Assembly (NCBI GenBank): GCA_965113315.1
Contig: OZ220370.1
Length of the DNA stretch: 64,000 nt
Reading direction: 5' to 3' (one strand)
Source: Podarcis vaucheri
Lineage: Eukaryota
Shown: positions 22,014-34,331 of the stretch, in pieces
Layout: every line of letters starts with the position of its first letter
Numbering within the stretch: the first letter of the stretch is position 1
Notes under the pieces: generated by a model
Database searches by the model: none
What the model saw: the letters and a program-made list of their open reading frames with translations, nothing else
What the model was told of the DNA's origin: nothing
Program-made: the position numbers and the translations under genes

Positions 22014-24485
22014 ATGGAAATGCACCTCAAGATCAGGCAAGTTTGGTCTTTTTCCCTGTGTCTCTGTGCATGCATAGCAATGTGTGAGTCTTTCCGCTAT
22101 TCAGTGCCAGAGGAGGAGAAAAGTGGGTCTCTGGTAGCGAATGTGCTGAAGGATTTGAGAGTGGATGCAAAGGAGCTGTCTGCTTGGAGAGCCCGGCTGG
22201 TTTCTAAGAGCTCCAAGCAGTATTTCCAGCTGGATCCTCATTCTGGGGATGTGACAGTAAAGGATAAAATAGATCGGGAGTCCCTGTGTGGACAGAATGA
22301 ACCTTGTGTTCTACTGTCTGAAATTGTGCTGGAAAAGCCATTGCAGCTACACAGAATTGAAGTTCAGATAGAGGACGTGAATGATAATTCCCCCAAATTC
22401 TCTAAAAATCAATTTCTTCTTGAAATACCTGAGCAAACTCCTGCGGATATCAGATTTCCTTTGGAAAGTGCAGAAGATACAGATAAGGGAGAAAATACCG
22501 TTCGGAACTACACCCTTAGTCCTAATGAACATTTTAGGCTTCATGTGAAAAGTCACAGTGATGGTAGCAAATACGCAGAACTGGTGTTAGAAAAACCGCT
22601 AGACCGTGAGGTGAATCCACAGATTTCCCTTATTTTGTCAGCAGTTGATGGAGGAATCCCAAAAAGAACTGGAACAGTGCAAATTATTATTGATGTTCTG
22701 GATGCTAATGATAATTTGCCTCATTTTCCACAATCTGAGTACAATGTGAAACTAATGGAAAATAGCCCATTGGATACTCTGGTCACCAAAGTTGAAGCCA
22801 CTGACAGGGATCTTGGTACCAATGCTCACATCACTTATTCATTCAGCCAAGTGCCAGAATATGTCGTCAGATCATTCAAGTTAAACAAATATTCCGGGGA
22901 GCTTACTACTGCAGGAACAATTGATTATGAAGAAAATACAAATTATAAGATCAACATAAGAGCTACAGATGGAGGAGGCCTTTCTGATTACTGTAAAGTC
23001 ATTGTAGAGATTGAGGATGAGAACGACAATGCTCCAGAGATTACCATCACTTCCATCACCAGTCCCTTACCTGAGGACTCTCCCCCAGACACAGTGGTGG
23101 CCCTTTTCAGTGTCACAGATGTGGACTCTGGGGACAGTGGCAGAACTGCCTGCACCACTGAAGTCAACCTGCCATTTGTGCTCAAACCCACCGAGAACAA
23201 CTATTACCAGCTGGTGACCCAACAACCACTGGACAGAGAACAAGCCTCTGAGTATAACATCACCATCACAGCCACGGACAGGGGCTCTCCCAGACTCACT
23301 TCCACAAGAATACTTCATGTGCAAATCTCAGATGTCAATGACAACCCTCCAGTGTTTGAAAAGCCATTCTATGAAATGCAGTTAAGAGAAAACAATATTC
23401 CTGGTCTTCTGATCAATTCGGTCCATGCTGTTGATCTGGACACAGCGCAGAATGCCAAAGTGACCTACTCGCTTTTGCCTGGGAAGGTCAATGATGGCCC
23501 CACATCCTCTTACATCTCCATCAACTCTGAAACGGGGAACCTGTATGCCATCCGGTCTCTGGATTATGAGGAAGTAAAAGATTTCCAGGTGACGGTGAGG
23601 GCTGTGGATTCAGGTTCCCCTCCACTGAGCTCAGAAGTTCCCATCCGCGTTCAGGTCGTGGATGAAAATGACAATGCCCCCTTCATCCTCTACCCTCTCC
23701 AGAATGGCACTTCCCCCTCGAATGACCTGGTTCCCCGAGGGGCAGAGACTGGCTACCTGGTCACCAAGGTGGTGGCTGTGGACAGGGATTCTGGCCAGAA
23801 CTCTTGGCTTTCCTACCAGCTGCTGAAGGCCACAGAGCCGGGTCTGTTCACGGTGGGGGCCCAGAATGGAGAAGTGACCACCCTGAGGCCGGTCAGCAAC
23901 CGAGACAGCTTCAAGCAGAATCTGATTGTGGTGGTCCGAGACAACGGCCATCCTCCCCAGTCCACCTCTGCCACGCTCAGAATCCTCCTAGTGGACGGCT
24001 TCTCTGACCCTTATCTGAAAAGTGTGGCTCTCCCAAAGGAGGAAACAGCGGAGGAGGAAGACCCCAGCCTGACGATGTATTTGATCATCTGCTTGGCTGC
24101 CATCTCAAGCATCTTTCTCATTTCTGTAGTGGCCTTTGTTGTAATCAAGTTGCAGAAACGTGAAAAGTTCATAGGAACCTACAACTCCGCAGCCAATTTC
24201 CCAGTGGGACCTGATTCCCAGGAGAACTCTGCGGATTCTGGTCCTGGATCTCTATCCCAGGCTTACAACTATGAGGTGTGCTTAGCTGGTGGGTCTCTGA
24301 ACAGCGAGTTCAGGTTTCTCAGGCCCCTGTTTCCTGTTTTCTCTGTGGAGCCTCCTAGCACTCAGGTGAATCCAAGGAGTTCCAATGATTCTGAAGGAGT
24401 CCCAAGTCATGCAGGTGAAAGTCAACATATCCTCCAGGTGAGAGTACCATTTGAATGGTTTAAAGACAAATTTCACTCTCTCTAG
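22014..24485 (+). CDS. PCDHB: Clustered protocadherin beta-like, subfamily B (B2)
   Basis: ATG 22014 aligns with the paralog starts; an extra in-frame ATG at 21981 is absent in B4. Donor CAG|GTGAGA after 24437. Confidence 0.95.
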   Translation: MEMHLKIRQVWSFSLCLCACIAMCESFRYSVPEEEKSGSLVANVLKDLRVDAKELSAWRARLVSKSSKQYFQLDPHSGDVTVKDKIDRESLCGQNEPCVLLSEIVLEKPLQLHRIEVQIEDVNDNSPKFSKNQFLLEIPEQTPADIRFPLESAEDTDKGENTVRNYTLSPNEHFRLHVKSHSDGSKYAELVLEKPLDREVNPQISLILSAVDGGIPKRTGTVQIIIDVLDANDNLPHFPQSEYNVKLMENSPLDTLVTKVEATDRDLGTNAHITYSFSQVPEYVVRSFKLNKYSGELTTAGTIDYEENTNYKINIRATDGGGLSDYCKVIVEIEDENDNAPEITITSITSPLPEDSPPDTVVALFSVTDVDSGDSGRTACTTEVNLPFVLKPTENNYYQLVTQQPLDREQASEYNITITATDRGSPRLTSTRILHVQISDVNDNPPVFEKPFYEMQLRENNIPGLLINSVHAVDLDTAQNAKVTYSLLPGKVNDGPTSSYISINSETGNLYAIRSLDYEEVKDFQVTVRAVDSGSPPLSSEVPIRVQVVDENDNAPFILYPLQNGTSPSNDLVPRGAETGYLVTKVVAVDRDSGQNSWLSYQLLKATEPGLFTVGAQNGEVTTLRPVSNRDSFKQNLIVVVRDNGHPPQSTSATLRILLVDGFSDPYLKSVALPKEETAEEEDPSLTMYLIICLAAISSIFLISVVAFVVIKLQKREKFIGTYNSAANFPVGPDSQENSADSGPGSLSQAYNYEVCLAGGSLNSEFRFLRPLFPVFSVEPPSTQVNPRSSNDSEGVPSHAGESQHILQVRVPFEWFKDKFHSL

Positions 24486-24486
24486 T

Positions 24487-25195
24487 TTGATAATAATGTT
24501 TATTAAATCTTCAATTTTACATTTTCAAATAAGCCTTTAAAATATCCCATGACTTCCCTTCTCCTTCCATGATTCATTTTTCATATCCCTGTTTTTCTAT
24601 AAGCATTCAAAAAAATTTCCACGTTTACCTCCATCAAAAATTATTTTATCTATTGAATTTATCTTAGTGATGTCAGTGTTTTAAGCTGTATACAGTCATT
24701 TTTCATATATTCCGTAAATGTTTTCCACTCTTCTTTAAATGTATGTTCGTCTTGCTCTCTTATTCTATGTGCTAAATCTGAACGTTCTGCATTTTCTGTC
24801 AACTTAAGTTGCCAATCCTCTTTAGTTGGGACCTTGCTCACTTTCCATTTTGGGGCTAAGAAAGCGCAGACCCCAATTGTTGCATACATAAATAACCTTT
24901 TCTGGCACATAGGAATTTTAGTTTGGGGTTTTCCCAACAAAAAGGACTCTGGTGTGTGTGTGTTTTTTGGAAAGTAGTTTTAAACATTGTTTTCAATTTA
25001 TTATATATCATTTCCCCATATACTTTTGCCTTTTTACATGTCCACCACATGTGAAAAAAAAGTTCCCTCCGTTTCTTTACACTTCCAACACGTATCTAAT
25101 TCTGTTTTATAAATCTTAGCCAACCTACTCTTGAGTTAAATACCAACTATTAATGATTTTCAAATTATTATCTTTCCATTAATAACCTCTTCTCT
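24487..25195 (-). mobile_element. L1 LINE 3' fragment (paralogous copy of 13210-14066)
   Basis: Minus ORFs 24659-25050 are an L1 ORF2 C-terminus (MWWTCKK..., KEEWKTFTEY). Same junction right after the B-gene end as the 13.2-kb copy. Confidence 0.75.
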
Positions 25196-25504
25196 CTCTA
25201 GTTTGGTCCCCCTATATATGTGAGGCACAAGTCTGAATTCAGCTCAGTGCAGGAACTCTGAATGCACACTTGAAATTCTTCCCATATTTTTCCTGTTCAG
25301 TTTCCCTGTGTCGTTGTATTCTGATGTTGTTGTTTCTGCCCTTGCATAGAGGGATATACACTTTCATATTAATATTTTTGTGATTTGATGTGTTATAGAA
25401 TAACTTCATAACCTCTTTAAACTCTCTGTATGGGAGGGGGGTGTCACACAAAAGCTGAGATGCAGGTTGCTTCCATAATCAGGTCCTCCCATAAAGAAGG
25501 CACT

Positions 25505-25978
25505 TGTTGCGGTGAGACCTGGCAACCAAACCCTGCATTGTGGGTGGGTATGATTGGTTAGCCACAACACCCAATTGGTAGGTTCCTTGATGCTGGGTTT
25601 AATCATGCCAATGGGATGCAGGCTAAATGGATCAAAGGACCTATATATACGTATGCACATGACCCAGAGCTTTCTCTTTCGGTGTGTTCATTGGAACACC
25701 CGCCCACCTCTCCCTACTCTTAGGGATTGTGCGCTTGACTTTGCTATGCCGTTGTGTGTCGTCTGTCGTTGGGACAGGGGCACGGCAGGAATTTCCCCAC
25801 TTGGCTGATTGGCTGTTGCCATTTGGGTTTCGCCTGCCACTAGTCGAACCAAAGCCTATGCAACCACTCACTTGCTGTAATCAATAAAGTTGTGGCCTAA
25901 ATTCTGCCAAAAACCAAACCAAAATTTGAGTGTTGTCTGAATTTATGTAAGGGGGAGGTTTGAAGGTCTGAACACGCA
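25505..25978 (+). mobile_element. Solo LTR-like element (474 bp)
   Basis: TG...CA termini with imperfect inverted ends, several CCAAT/ATTGG boxes, TATATATA at ~25642 and AATAAA at ~25882. Absent from the paralogous site at ~14272. No clear TSD. Confidence 0.65.
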
Positions 25979-26507
25979 GTGACCTGTTTATTAATCATTC
26001 ATTATTACTACTTAAAAGAAAGAAAGTTATAAAGGGGGGAGGGGGCAGAAGTGAGGAAAAAAGAACACAGCTGTATATAAATTGGTATAGTGTTGTTATC
26101 CTAATACTTATGTAGATATTAATAGCCTGCTACATTCTCTGTGTGAAGGCCATATGGCATCAAGCAAAATTTATCATACACTTTCCAAGGTATTTTCCTG
26201 TCACTTTCGTTATTGCAAACTGTTTGATTGAGGTTGGAGGGAGGGAGATTGTTCCACAAGAGCACCATAAGTGCTGTGCATCCTGAATTTCCCAGTACTA
26301 GATTGACCCCCCCATTCACAACAGTGTAGAAGAACTATAGAAGGTAATGCATTGTTTTGTGATATCTGCACTCATTCAAATGGAAAAGAGGCATCTTCCT
26401 AGTAATAAAACAGTCTTTTATGAACAGAGAAACTGAAGCTTTCCTGTTCTGTATAATGTGCACTGCATTCAGTTTTATTTACAGGATCTTAGTGGCTTTT
26501 CTTTGCT

Positions 26508-26527
26508 CAGCCACACGGTGGTAGTAC
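26508..26527 (+). promoter_or_regulatory. CSE/CTCF-like promoter motif, gene A3
   Basis: CAGCCACACGGTGGTAGTAC, core ~246 bp upstream of ATG 26757. Confidence 0.7.
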
Positions 26528-26756
26528 AGGCAAAGACATGAACTGGAATTCAGAATTTTGTGAAGGAACTCACAGGAAGCCATGAGCAAAAAGGTGGCTG
26601 GAACAAAGGACGGGTGACTTTCATATGTGATAAAGAGATAACATACAGCACAGCAAAGGCATCAACACGGCAGCATCAAATTCATTTCTACAGCAGCAGA
26701 GATTATCATTGGAACTGTGTCAGAAACTTCATCTTTTGGCCAGAGATTCTTGAGCC

Positions 26757-29213
26757 ATGGGAGACGGCTACAGAAAGGAACAAGGTCTGTATTTTTTGCT
26801 TTTCCTTTGTCTTCCTGGAGCACTGAGTATATCACTTCATTATTCTGTGCCTGAAGAAAAGAAAAGGGGGTCTTTGGTGGCTAATGTGCTGGAGGATTTG
26901 AAACTGGGAACAGGGGAGCTCTCTGCTCGCAGAGCCCAGCTGGTTTCTAAGAACAGTAAGCAATATTTTCGTCTTGATACCAAGACTGGGAATTTGTTGA
27001 TAAATGATAAAATAGACCGAGAAACATTATGTGGCCAGACTGATCCTTGCTTGTTACACACTGAAATTGTGTTGCAAAATCCCTTAAAGATCTTCAGTAT
27101 TGAAGTCAAGATAGAAGATGTGAATGATAATGTCCCCAAATTCTCTAAAAAGGCATTTGATCTGGAAATTCCTGAAAATGTCTCTCCAAATACACATTTC
27201 CCCTTGGAATCTGCCCGAGATGAGGACCTGGGGATAAATAACATCCAAAACTACACTCTCAGTCCCAATGAACATTTCCGGCTTGATGTTAAAAGTGAAG
27301 AGGATGGAAACAAGTATGTGGATCTTGTTCTGGAGAAGCCACTGGACAGGGAGAAGGACTCACACTATGGATTGACTCTTACAGCTGTGGATGGAGGGAA
27401 GCCACAGAGAACAGGGACAGTTCAAATAAATATTGATGTTCTTGACATCAATGACAATTCCCCACAGTTTACTCATTCTGAATATAAAGTAAGGTTAAAG
27501 GAAAACAGTCCACAGGGCACTTTGGTCTTCAGATTGGAAGCTACGGATTTGGATTTTGGTTCAAATGCACAGATCATCTACTTATTCTACAGAGTGCCTG
27601 AAGAAATATATGATCTGTTCCACCTAAATGAAAACACTGGGGAAATGACTCTTTCTGGTCAGCTTGATTATGAAAAAGAAACCAGTTACAGCATGAGCAT
27701 CAGAGCAACAGATGGAGGGGGCCTTTCAGGGCACTGCAAGGTCCTGGTAGAGATTGAGGATGTGAATGACAATGTCCCTGAAGTGTCCATCATATCCATC
27801 ACTAGTCCTTTGGCAGAGGATTCTCCCCTGGAGACACTTGTGGCTCTCTTCACTGTCACAGACCGAGACTCTGGAGACAATGGCAGAACCATGTGCTCTG
27901 TGGAGGCAAACCTTCCTTTTATGTTAAAATCCACTATGAATAACTATTACCAGCTTGTGGTCCAAAGTCCCTTGGACAGAGAGAAGGTCTCAGAGTATAA
28001 TGTCACCATCACAGCCGTTGACCAGGGCTCCCCCAGGCTCAGTTCAACAAGAGTGATTAACATTGAGATCTCAGACGTCAATGACAACCCTCCAGTATTT
28101 GAAAAGTCTTCATGTGAAATGCAGATACGGGAAAACAATATTCCAGGACTGCTCATTGGCTCAGTCCATGCTGCTGATCTGGACACCGAGAAGAATGCCA
28201 AGGTCACCTACTCCCTTTTGCCTGGGAAGGTCACTGATGGCCTTGTGGCCTCTTACATCTCAGTCAACTCTGAAAGTGGAAATCTGTATGCCCTCCGATC
28301 TCTGGATTATGAGCAGATCAAAGATTTCAAAGTGATGGTGAGGGCTACAGATGGAGGGTCTCCTCCCCTCAGCTCAGAAGTTACTGTCCGAGTCGTAATC
28401 CTAGACGAAAATGACAACGCTCCCTTCTTCCTCTACCCTCTTCAGAACAGCACATCCCCCTGCAATGAGCTGGTGCCCAAGTCGGTGGAGGCCGGCTACC
28501 TGGTCACCAAGGTGGTGGCTGTGGATGGAGATTCTGGCCAGAACTCGTGGCTTTCCTATGAGCTGCTGAAGGCCACAGACCCTGGTCTTTTCAGCATAGG
28601 AGCCCAGAATGGGGAAGTGAGAACCAGGAGAGCCCTGAGCGAGCGAGACACCAGCAAGCAGAGACTCCTGATAGTGGTCAGGGACAACGGGCTCCCTCCC
28701 CAGAGCAGCACTGCCATGCTCCAGGTCCTTCCCGTGGGTGGCTTTTCGGATCCTTATATGAAGGCTGTGGAGGTCAGTAAAGAGGAGCACGAAGAAGATG
28801 GGACCTTGACCTTGTACTTGGTGATCTGCCTGGCTGCAGTCTCCTTTGTGTTCCTCGTTTGCATTGTTTCCTTTGCTGCCATCAAGATCTGCAGGAGGGA
28901 TCCCAGGGAAAGTTTTATCACTGCCCCTCCTCACTTGCCACCTGCCAGACCCGACATCCCAGAGAACGGTGGCGATTCTCAGAGCGGGTCTCTTTCCAGG
29001 AGTTACCACTACGATGTTTGCTTAACCGGTGGGTCCTTGAGCAGCGAGTTCAGATTCCTCAGGCCCCTCATTCCTGTTTATTCTGTGGGAGACCCAAACC
29101 TCAGTGTGAACCAGGCCCCTCCGTCTGCTTCCCAAAATATTCCTAATCTGGTGGAAGAAAAAGAATCAGAGAAAAAGGTGAGGGATTATGCCAGTGAGTT
29201 AATTTGTGATTAA
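26757..29213 (+). CDS. PCDHB: Clustered protocadherin beta-like, subfamily A (A3)
   Basis: Full architecture; donor AAG|GTGAGG after 29177. Confidence 0.95.
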   Translation: MGDGYRKEQGLYFLLFLCLPGALSISLHYSVPEEKKRGSLVANVLEDLKLGTGELSARRAQLVSKNSKQYFRLDTKTGNLLINDKIDRETLCGQTDPCLLHTEIVLQNPLKIFSIEVKIEDVNDNVPKFSKKAFDLEIPENVSPNTHFPLESARDEDLGINNIQNYTLSPNEHFRLDVKSEEDGNKYVDLVLEKPLDREKDSHYGLTLTAVDGGKPQRTGTVQINIDVLDINDNSPQFTHSEYKVRLKENSPQGTLVFRLEATDLDFGSNAQIIYLFYRVPEEIYDLFHLNENTGEMTLSGQLDYEKETSYSMSIRATDGGGLSGHCKVLVEIEDVNDNVPEVSIISITSPLAEDSPLETLVALFTVTDRDSGDNGRTMCSVEANLPFMLKSTMNNYYQLVVQSPLDREKVSEYNVTITAVDQGSPRLSSTRVINIEISDVNDNPPVFEKSSCEMQIRENNIPGLLIGSVHAADLDTEKNAKVTYSLLPGKVTDGLVASYISVNSESGNLYALRSLDYEQIKDFKVMVRATDGGSPPLSSEVTVRVVILDENDNAPFFLYPLQNSTSPCNELVPKSVEAGYLVTKVVAVDGDSGQNSWLSYELLKATDPGLFSIGAQNGEVRTRRALSERDTSKQRLLIVVRDNGLPPQSSTAMLQVLPVGGFSDPYMKAVEVSKEEHEEDGTLTLYLVICLAAVSFVFLVCIVSFAAIKICRRDPRESFITAPPHLPPARPDIPENGGDSQSGSLSRSYHYDVCLTGGSLSSEFRFLRPLIPVYSVGDPNLSVNQAPPSASQNIPNLVEEKESEKKVRDYASELICD

Positions 29214-31019
29214 TAATGCCTTTTGCTTGGTTATTAATAACATCAGATGTTCTTCTTCCATTGTTCTTTGTTGATAAAATATACAGTGACTAGAGAGACC
29301 GGGCTTCAGTTTTTAATTTTATTTCAAATCCATGTCAGAATTGTTTCCTTCTTACTCTACATCCTATTCTTCTTCTGTTCCTTTGTTCCCTTATTGTTGA
29401 GTCTTCTCTGTATTAAACTTAGATTGAAATGCTATGTACTAATCACAGTTGCTGCATATACAGCTGTGTGTACTAGAATATACCCCTAATGTGTCTAAGA
29501 CAGTTTACATGCACACAGGGGCCCTTTATGAGACAGAATTCCTGGTTATATAAATTGTTTATAGGGACTCTTGGTAGTTGCACCCCATTTGCGGAGTGGC
29601 CTCCCAAGGGAGACTTGCCCAGAACCATCTTTCTGGCCTTTTTGGTGCTGGATTCAGAGCTTTTTTTATTGACCCAGACTTTTAAAACAGTTTTCATTTC
29701 AAACAAACAAAATCTGGACTCTCATTGTGTTCTGTTTTGCCATTTGAACTGCTAATATGTTAAGGGTTAGTTGGCTGAATCACATGGTGTCATTATAATA
29801 ATTAATTGGGGCAGTGGAATGACAATAAGAATTAGCAGAGTGAACTGCCTTGTACTGATGCAGACCAGTGGTGCTCTATCGCAGTATTGTCTACACTGAC
29901 TGGCAGTTGCTCCCCAGGATTTCGGACAGGGATCTCTGCCGACCTACCTAAGGACACAAGGGATTGAACCTGGGACTAACTGCAAAGCTGATGGTCTACC
30001 CCTGAGCCATGTGAGGAGTAGGTCCTACAGTGTTTAGTTGGAAAATGGCCTTACAGAAACTTGGAAGTGTAGGAAATATATGTCTGAGGAAAGTCTATGC
30101 TAAATTTGGGATAGAAAGGATAAGAAATGGCTCATATTTAAGAAATTAGCTCTTTGACAAGGAACTTGAATGACGTGTTGACAGGTGCTATGCATTTTTC
30201 TTCCATAGACTTTGCTGGGACCCACACTCCCCAGAATATTTCTATATTTGTACTGTATCGTGCTTAATAGCAGGGTAACATATTTGTAGTTGTTATTAAA
30301 ATGCATTGTTATGGCCAATGCTAGTCAACGGGATTTCATAAGGGTGTCTCCCACACATGCTCAGTTTGTGCCTGCTGTGAGAAAAAGTAAAGCAGAGGAG
30401 GACTGAGGAGAATGTTGGGTGGAGAGAGACTGAATGCTGGTTAAAGAGAGTAAATGGGAAAATTACAGTTAAGCATGTGCGTCTGTTAGGAGCAAAAATG
30501 AAGGGGGACCAAAGGAGATGAGAAAGATTTATAGGTAAGGGTCATAGCTATGGCACTTTGGTTAAGGATGATTTTGCTAAATCACCTTCCACCATTATGA
30601 TGAGAAATGGGTGTGGGCAATAAGTTCCATGACTCATCATTTGGAAATGGTTCAATGAATTGGCTGGAAACTTGGCAGTGTGTTTTATTTTCCATCCAGC
30701 ATTTATATAAGGGAAGGATCTCCAGAAATGGTGGAAGAAGCAACAGAGAAAATGGAAAAAGAGAAATGGGAGCCACAACCAGGAGTGTGGAAGATGAAGC
30801 CAAAGAATGAATTTGGCATAGGGAAGGGGAGTGAGGTTTTGTGGGGGGCATGAAACCGCTTTACTAATCCATGCAGCATTTTGTTATGGGCTCCTACTTG
30901 TATGAACATGGAACCCAATTCAATTAGTAAAAGTGACTCTCACGCTCGAAAGTATACATTGGGACTGGGAATTCTACTTTATTCCAAGCCTCTCTTTACC
31001 TCTTAAACAGAAATATTAA

Positions 31020-31579
<560 letters not shown>

Positions 31580-31756
31580 TTTGATAATAATGTTTATTAA
31601 ATCTTCAATTTTACATTTTCAAATAAGCCTTTAAAATATCCCATGACTTCCCTTCTCCTTCCATGATTCATTTTTCATATCCAAATTTTACTATAAGCAT
31701 TCAAATAAAAAAATTCCTTCCAGTAGCACCTTAAAGACCAACTAAGTTAGTTCTTG

Positions 31757-31794
31757 GTATGAGCTTTCGTGTGCATGCACACTTATTCAGATAC
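31757..31794 (-). ncRNA. Hammerhead copy with core mutation (CUGAAUA)
   Basis: Reverse complement of 32284-32321 except at position 31785, which changes core G8 to U. Confidence 0.6.
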
Positions 31795-32283
31795 ACTGAA
31801 ACAGAAGTTGCCAGATCCTTCTATATAGTGAGAAGGTGGGGAGGGGTATTACTCAGAAGGGTGGTGGGAATGGGAGATAGGCAGATAGCTGAGATGAGCC
31901 TGTTGGCGACTCTTAACGACTGCAATAGGTCTTACAGGAAAAGGCAAGGGGTGAGAAGGTGAAAAATGGCTTAGTCATGTATAATGAGATAAGAATCCAG
32001 TGTCTCTGTTCAGACCAGGTCTCTCCATGGTTTTAAGTTTGGTAATGACTTGCAATTCAGCAGCTTCTCTTTCCAGTCTATTTCTGAAATTCCTTTGTAG
32101 TAAAACAGCCATTTTTCACCTTCTCACCCCTTGCCTTTTCCTGTAAGACCTATTGCAGTCGTTAAGAGTCGCCAACAGGCTCATCTCAGCTATCTGCCTA
32201 TCTCCCATTCCCACCACCCTTCTGAGTAATACCCCTCCCCACCTTCTCACTATATAGAAGGATCTGGCAACTTCTGTTTCAGT

Positions 32284-32321
32284 GTATCTGAAGAAGTGTG
32301 CATGCACACGAAAGCTCATAC
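32284..32321 (+). ncRNA. Minimal type I hammerhead ribozyme (Penelope-associated)
   Basis: GTAT-CTGAAGA-A-GTGTGC-AT-GCACAC-GAAA-GCTC-ATAC: stem I GTAT/ATAC, CUGANGA box, stem II hairpin, GAAA box, palindromic AGCT in place of stem III, CUC cleavage triplet. Confidence 0.75.
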
Positions 32322-32429
32322 CAAGAACTAACTTAGTTGGTCTTTAAGGTGCTACTGGAAGGAATTTTTTTATTTTGACTATGGCAGACCAACATGGCTA
32401 CCTATCTGTAACTGGAACCATTCAAATAA

Positions 32430-33000
32430 GTTTTCCACTTTTACCTCCATCAAAAATTATTTTCTCTATCAAATTTATCTTAGTGCTGCCAGTGTTTTCA
32501 CCTGTATAAAGACATTTTTCATATATTCAATAAATGTTTTCCACTCTTTTTTAAATGTATGTTCTTCTTGCTCTCTTATTCTCTGTGTTAAATCTGCATG
32601 TTCTGCATATCCTGTCAACTTAAGTTGCTGATCCTCTTTAGTTGGGACCTAGCACATTTTCCGTTTTGGGGCTAAAAGAGCACAGACCACAATTGTTGCA
32701 TACATAAATAACCTTTTCTCACACCCAGGAATTTTAGTTTGGGTTTTTCCCAACGAAAATGACACTGGTGTGTGTGTGTGTGTTAAAGTAGTTTTAAACC
32801 TTTTTTTCAATTTTCAATTTCCCCATATACTTTTACCTTTTTACATGTCCACCACATGTGAAAAAAGTTCCCTCCGTTTCTTTACACTTCCAACATTTAT
32901 CTGTTTCTGTTTTATAAATCTTAGCCAACCTATTCTGAGTTAAGTACCAACTATTAATGATTTTCAAATAATTATATTTCAATTAATAACCGTTTCTCTC
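32430..33000 (-). mobile_element. L1 LINE 3' fragment (third paralogous copy; continues from 31581-31697, interrupted by Penelope)
   Basis: Colinear with ~24615-25195. Confidence 0.7.
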
Positions 33001-33308
33001 TCTAGTTTGGTCCCCCTATATCTGTGAGGCGCAAGCCTGAATTCAGATGAGTGCAGGAAATCTGAATGCGCACTTGAAATTCTTCCCACATTTTTCCTGT
33101 TCAGTTTCCCTGTGTCGTTGTATTCTGATGTTGTTGTTTCTGCCCTTGCATAGAGGGATATAAACTTTCATATTAATATTCTTGTGATTTGATGTGCTAT
33201 AGAATAACTTCATAACCTCTTTAAACTCTCTTTATGGGAAGGGGGTGTCACACAAAAGCTGAGATGCAGGTTGCTTCCATAATCAGGTCCTCCCATAAAG
33301 AAGGCACT

Positions 33309-33782
33309 TGTTGCGGTGAGACCTGGCAACCAAACCCTGCATTGTGGGTGGGTATGATTGGTTAGCCACAACACCCAATTGGTAGGTTCCTTGATGCTGG
33401 GTTTAATCAGGCCAATGGGATGCAGGCTAAATGGATCAAGGGACCTATATATTCGTATGCACATGACCCAGAGCTTTATCTTTCGGTGCGTGCATTGGAA
33501 CACCCGCCCATCTCTCCCTACTCTTAGGGATTGTGCGCTTGACTTTGCTATGCCGTTGTGTGTCGTCTGTCGTTGGGACAGGGGCACGGCAGGAATTTTC
33601 CCACTTGGCTGATTGGCTGTTGCCATTTGGGTTTCGCCTGCCACTAGTCGAACCAAAGCCTATGCAACCACTCACTTGCTGTAATCAATAAAGTTGTGCC
33701 CTAAATTCTGCCAAAAACCAAACCAAAATTTGAGTCTTGTCTGAATTTATGTAAGGGGGAGGTTTGAAGGTCTGAACACGCA
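33309..33782 (+). mobile_element. Solo LTR-like element (duplicate of 25505-25978)
   Basis: Same 474-bp length, near-identical sequence and same flanks, so it was copied by segmental duplication. Confidence 0.65.
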
Positions 33783-34331
33783 GTGACCTGTTTATTGATC
33801 ATTCATTCTTACTACTTAAAAGAAAGAAAGAAAGAAATTAATAAAAGGGGGAGGGGCGAGAAGTGAGGAGAAAAGAAAAGCTGTGTATATAAATTGATAT
33901 GGTGTTATTATCCTAATACTTATGTAGATATTAATAGCCTACTACATTCCCTGTGTGAAAGCCATATGGCACTTGAATCAAGCAATAGTAACCCTACATT
34001 TTCCAAGGTGTTTTCCTGTCAATTTCTTTATTGCAAAATATTTGATTGAGGTGGGAATGAGGGAGATAGTTCCACAAGAGCACCATATGTGCTGTGCACC
34101 TTGAATATCCGTATATTAGATTGACTCCCATGCACAACAGTGTTCAGGAACTATGGAAAGTAATCCATTGTTTTGTGATATTTGCATTCATTCATATGGA
34201 AAAGAGGCATCTTCCTAGTAATAAAACAGTCTTCTATGGACAGAGAAACTGTGAATCTGAACTTTTCCTCTTCAGTATAATGTGCACTGCATTCAGTGTT
34301 ATTTACTGAATCTTGGTGCCTTTTCTTTGCT

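Larger units (their letters stand above)
31709..32418 (-). mobile_element. 5'-truncated Penelope-like retroelement with inverted pLTR
   Basis: 11-bp TSD CATTCAAATAA (31698-31708 and 32419-32429); the empty site is seen at ~13333-13343. Minus 32109-31975 encodes AVLLQRNFRNRLEREAAELQVITKLKTMERPGLNRDTGFLSHYT*, resembling a GIY-YIG endonuclease C-terminus. Inverted arms at 31703-31971 and 32107-32375. Confidence 0.85.

Noticed and set aside
31759-32319. Twin 67-aa ORFs on opposite strands
   Set aside because: By-product of the Penelope inverted repeat, not a gene.
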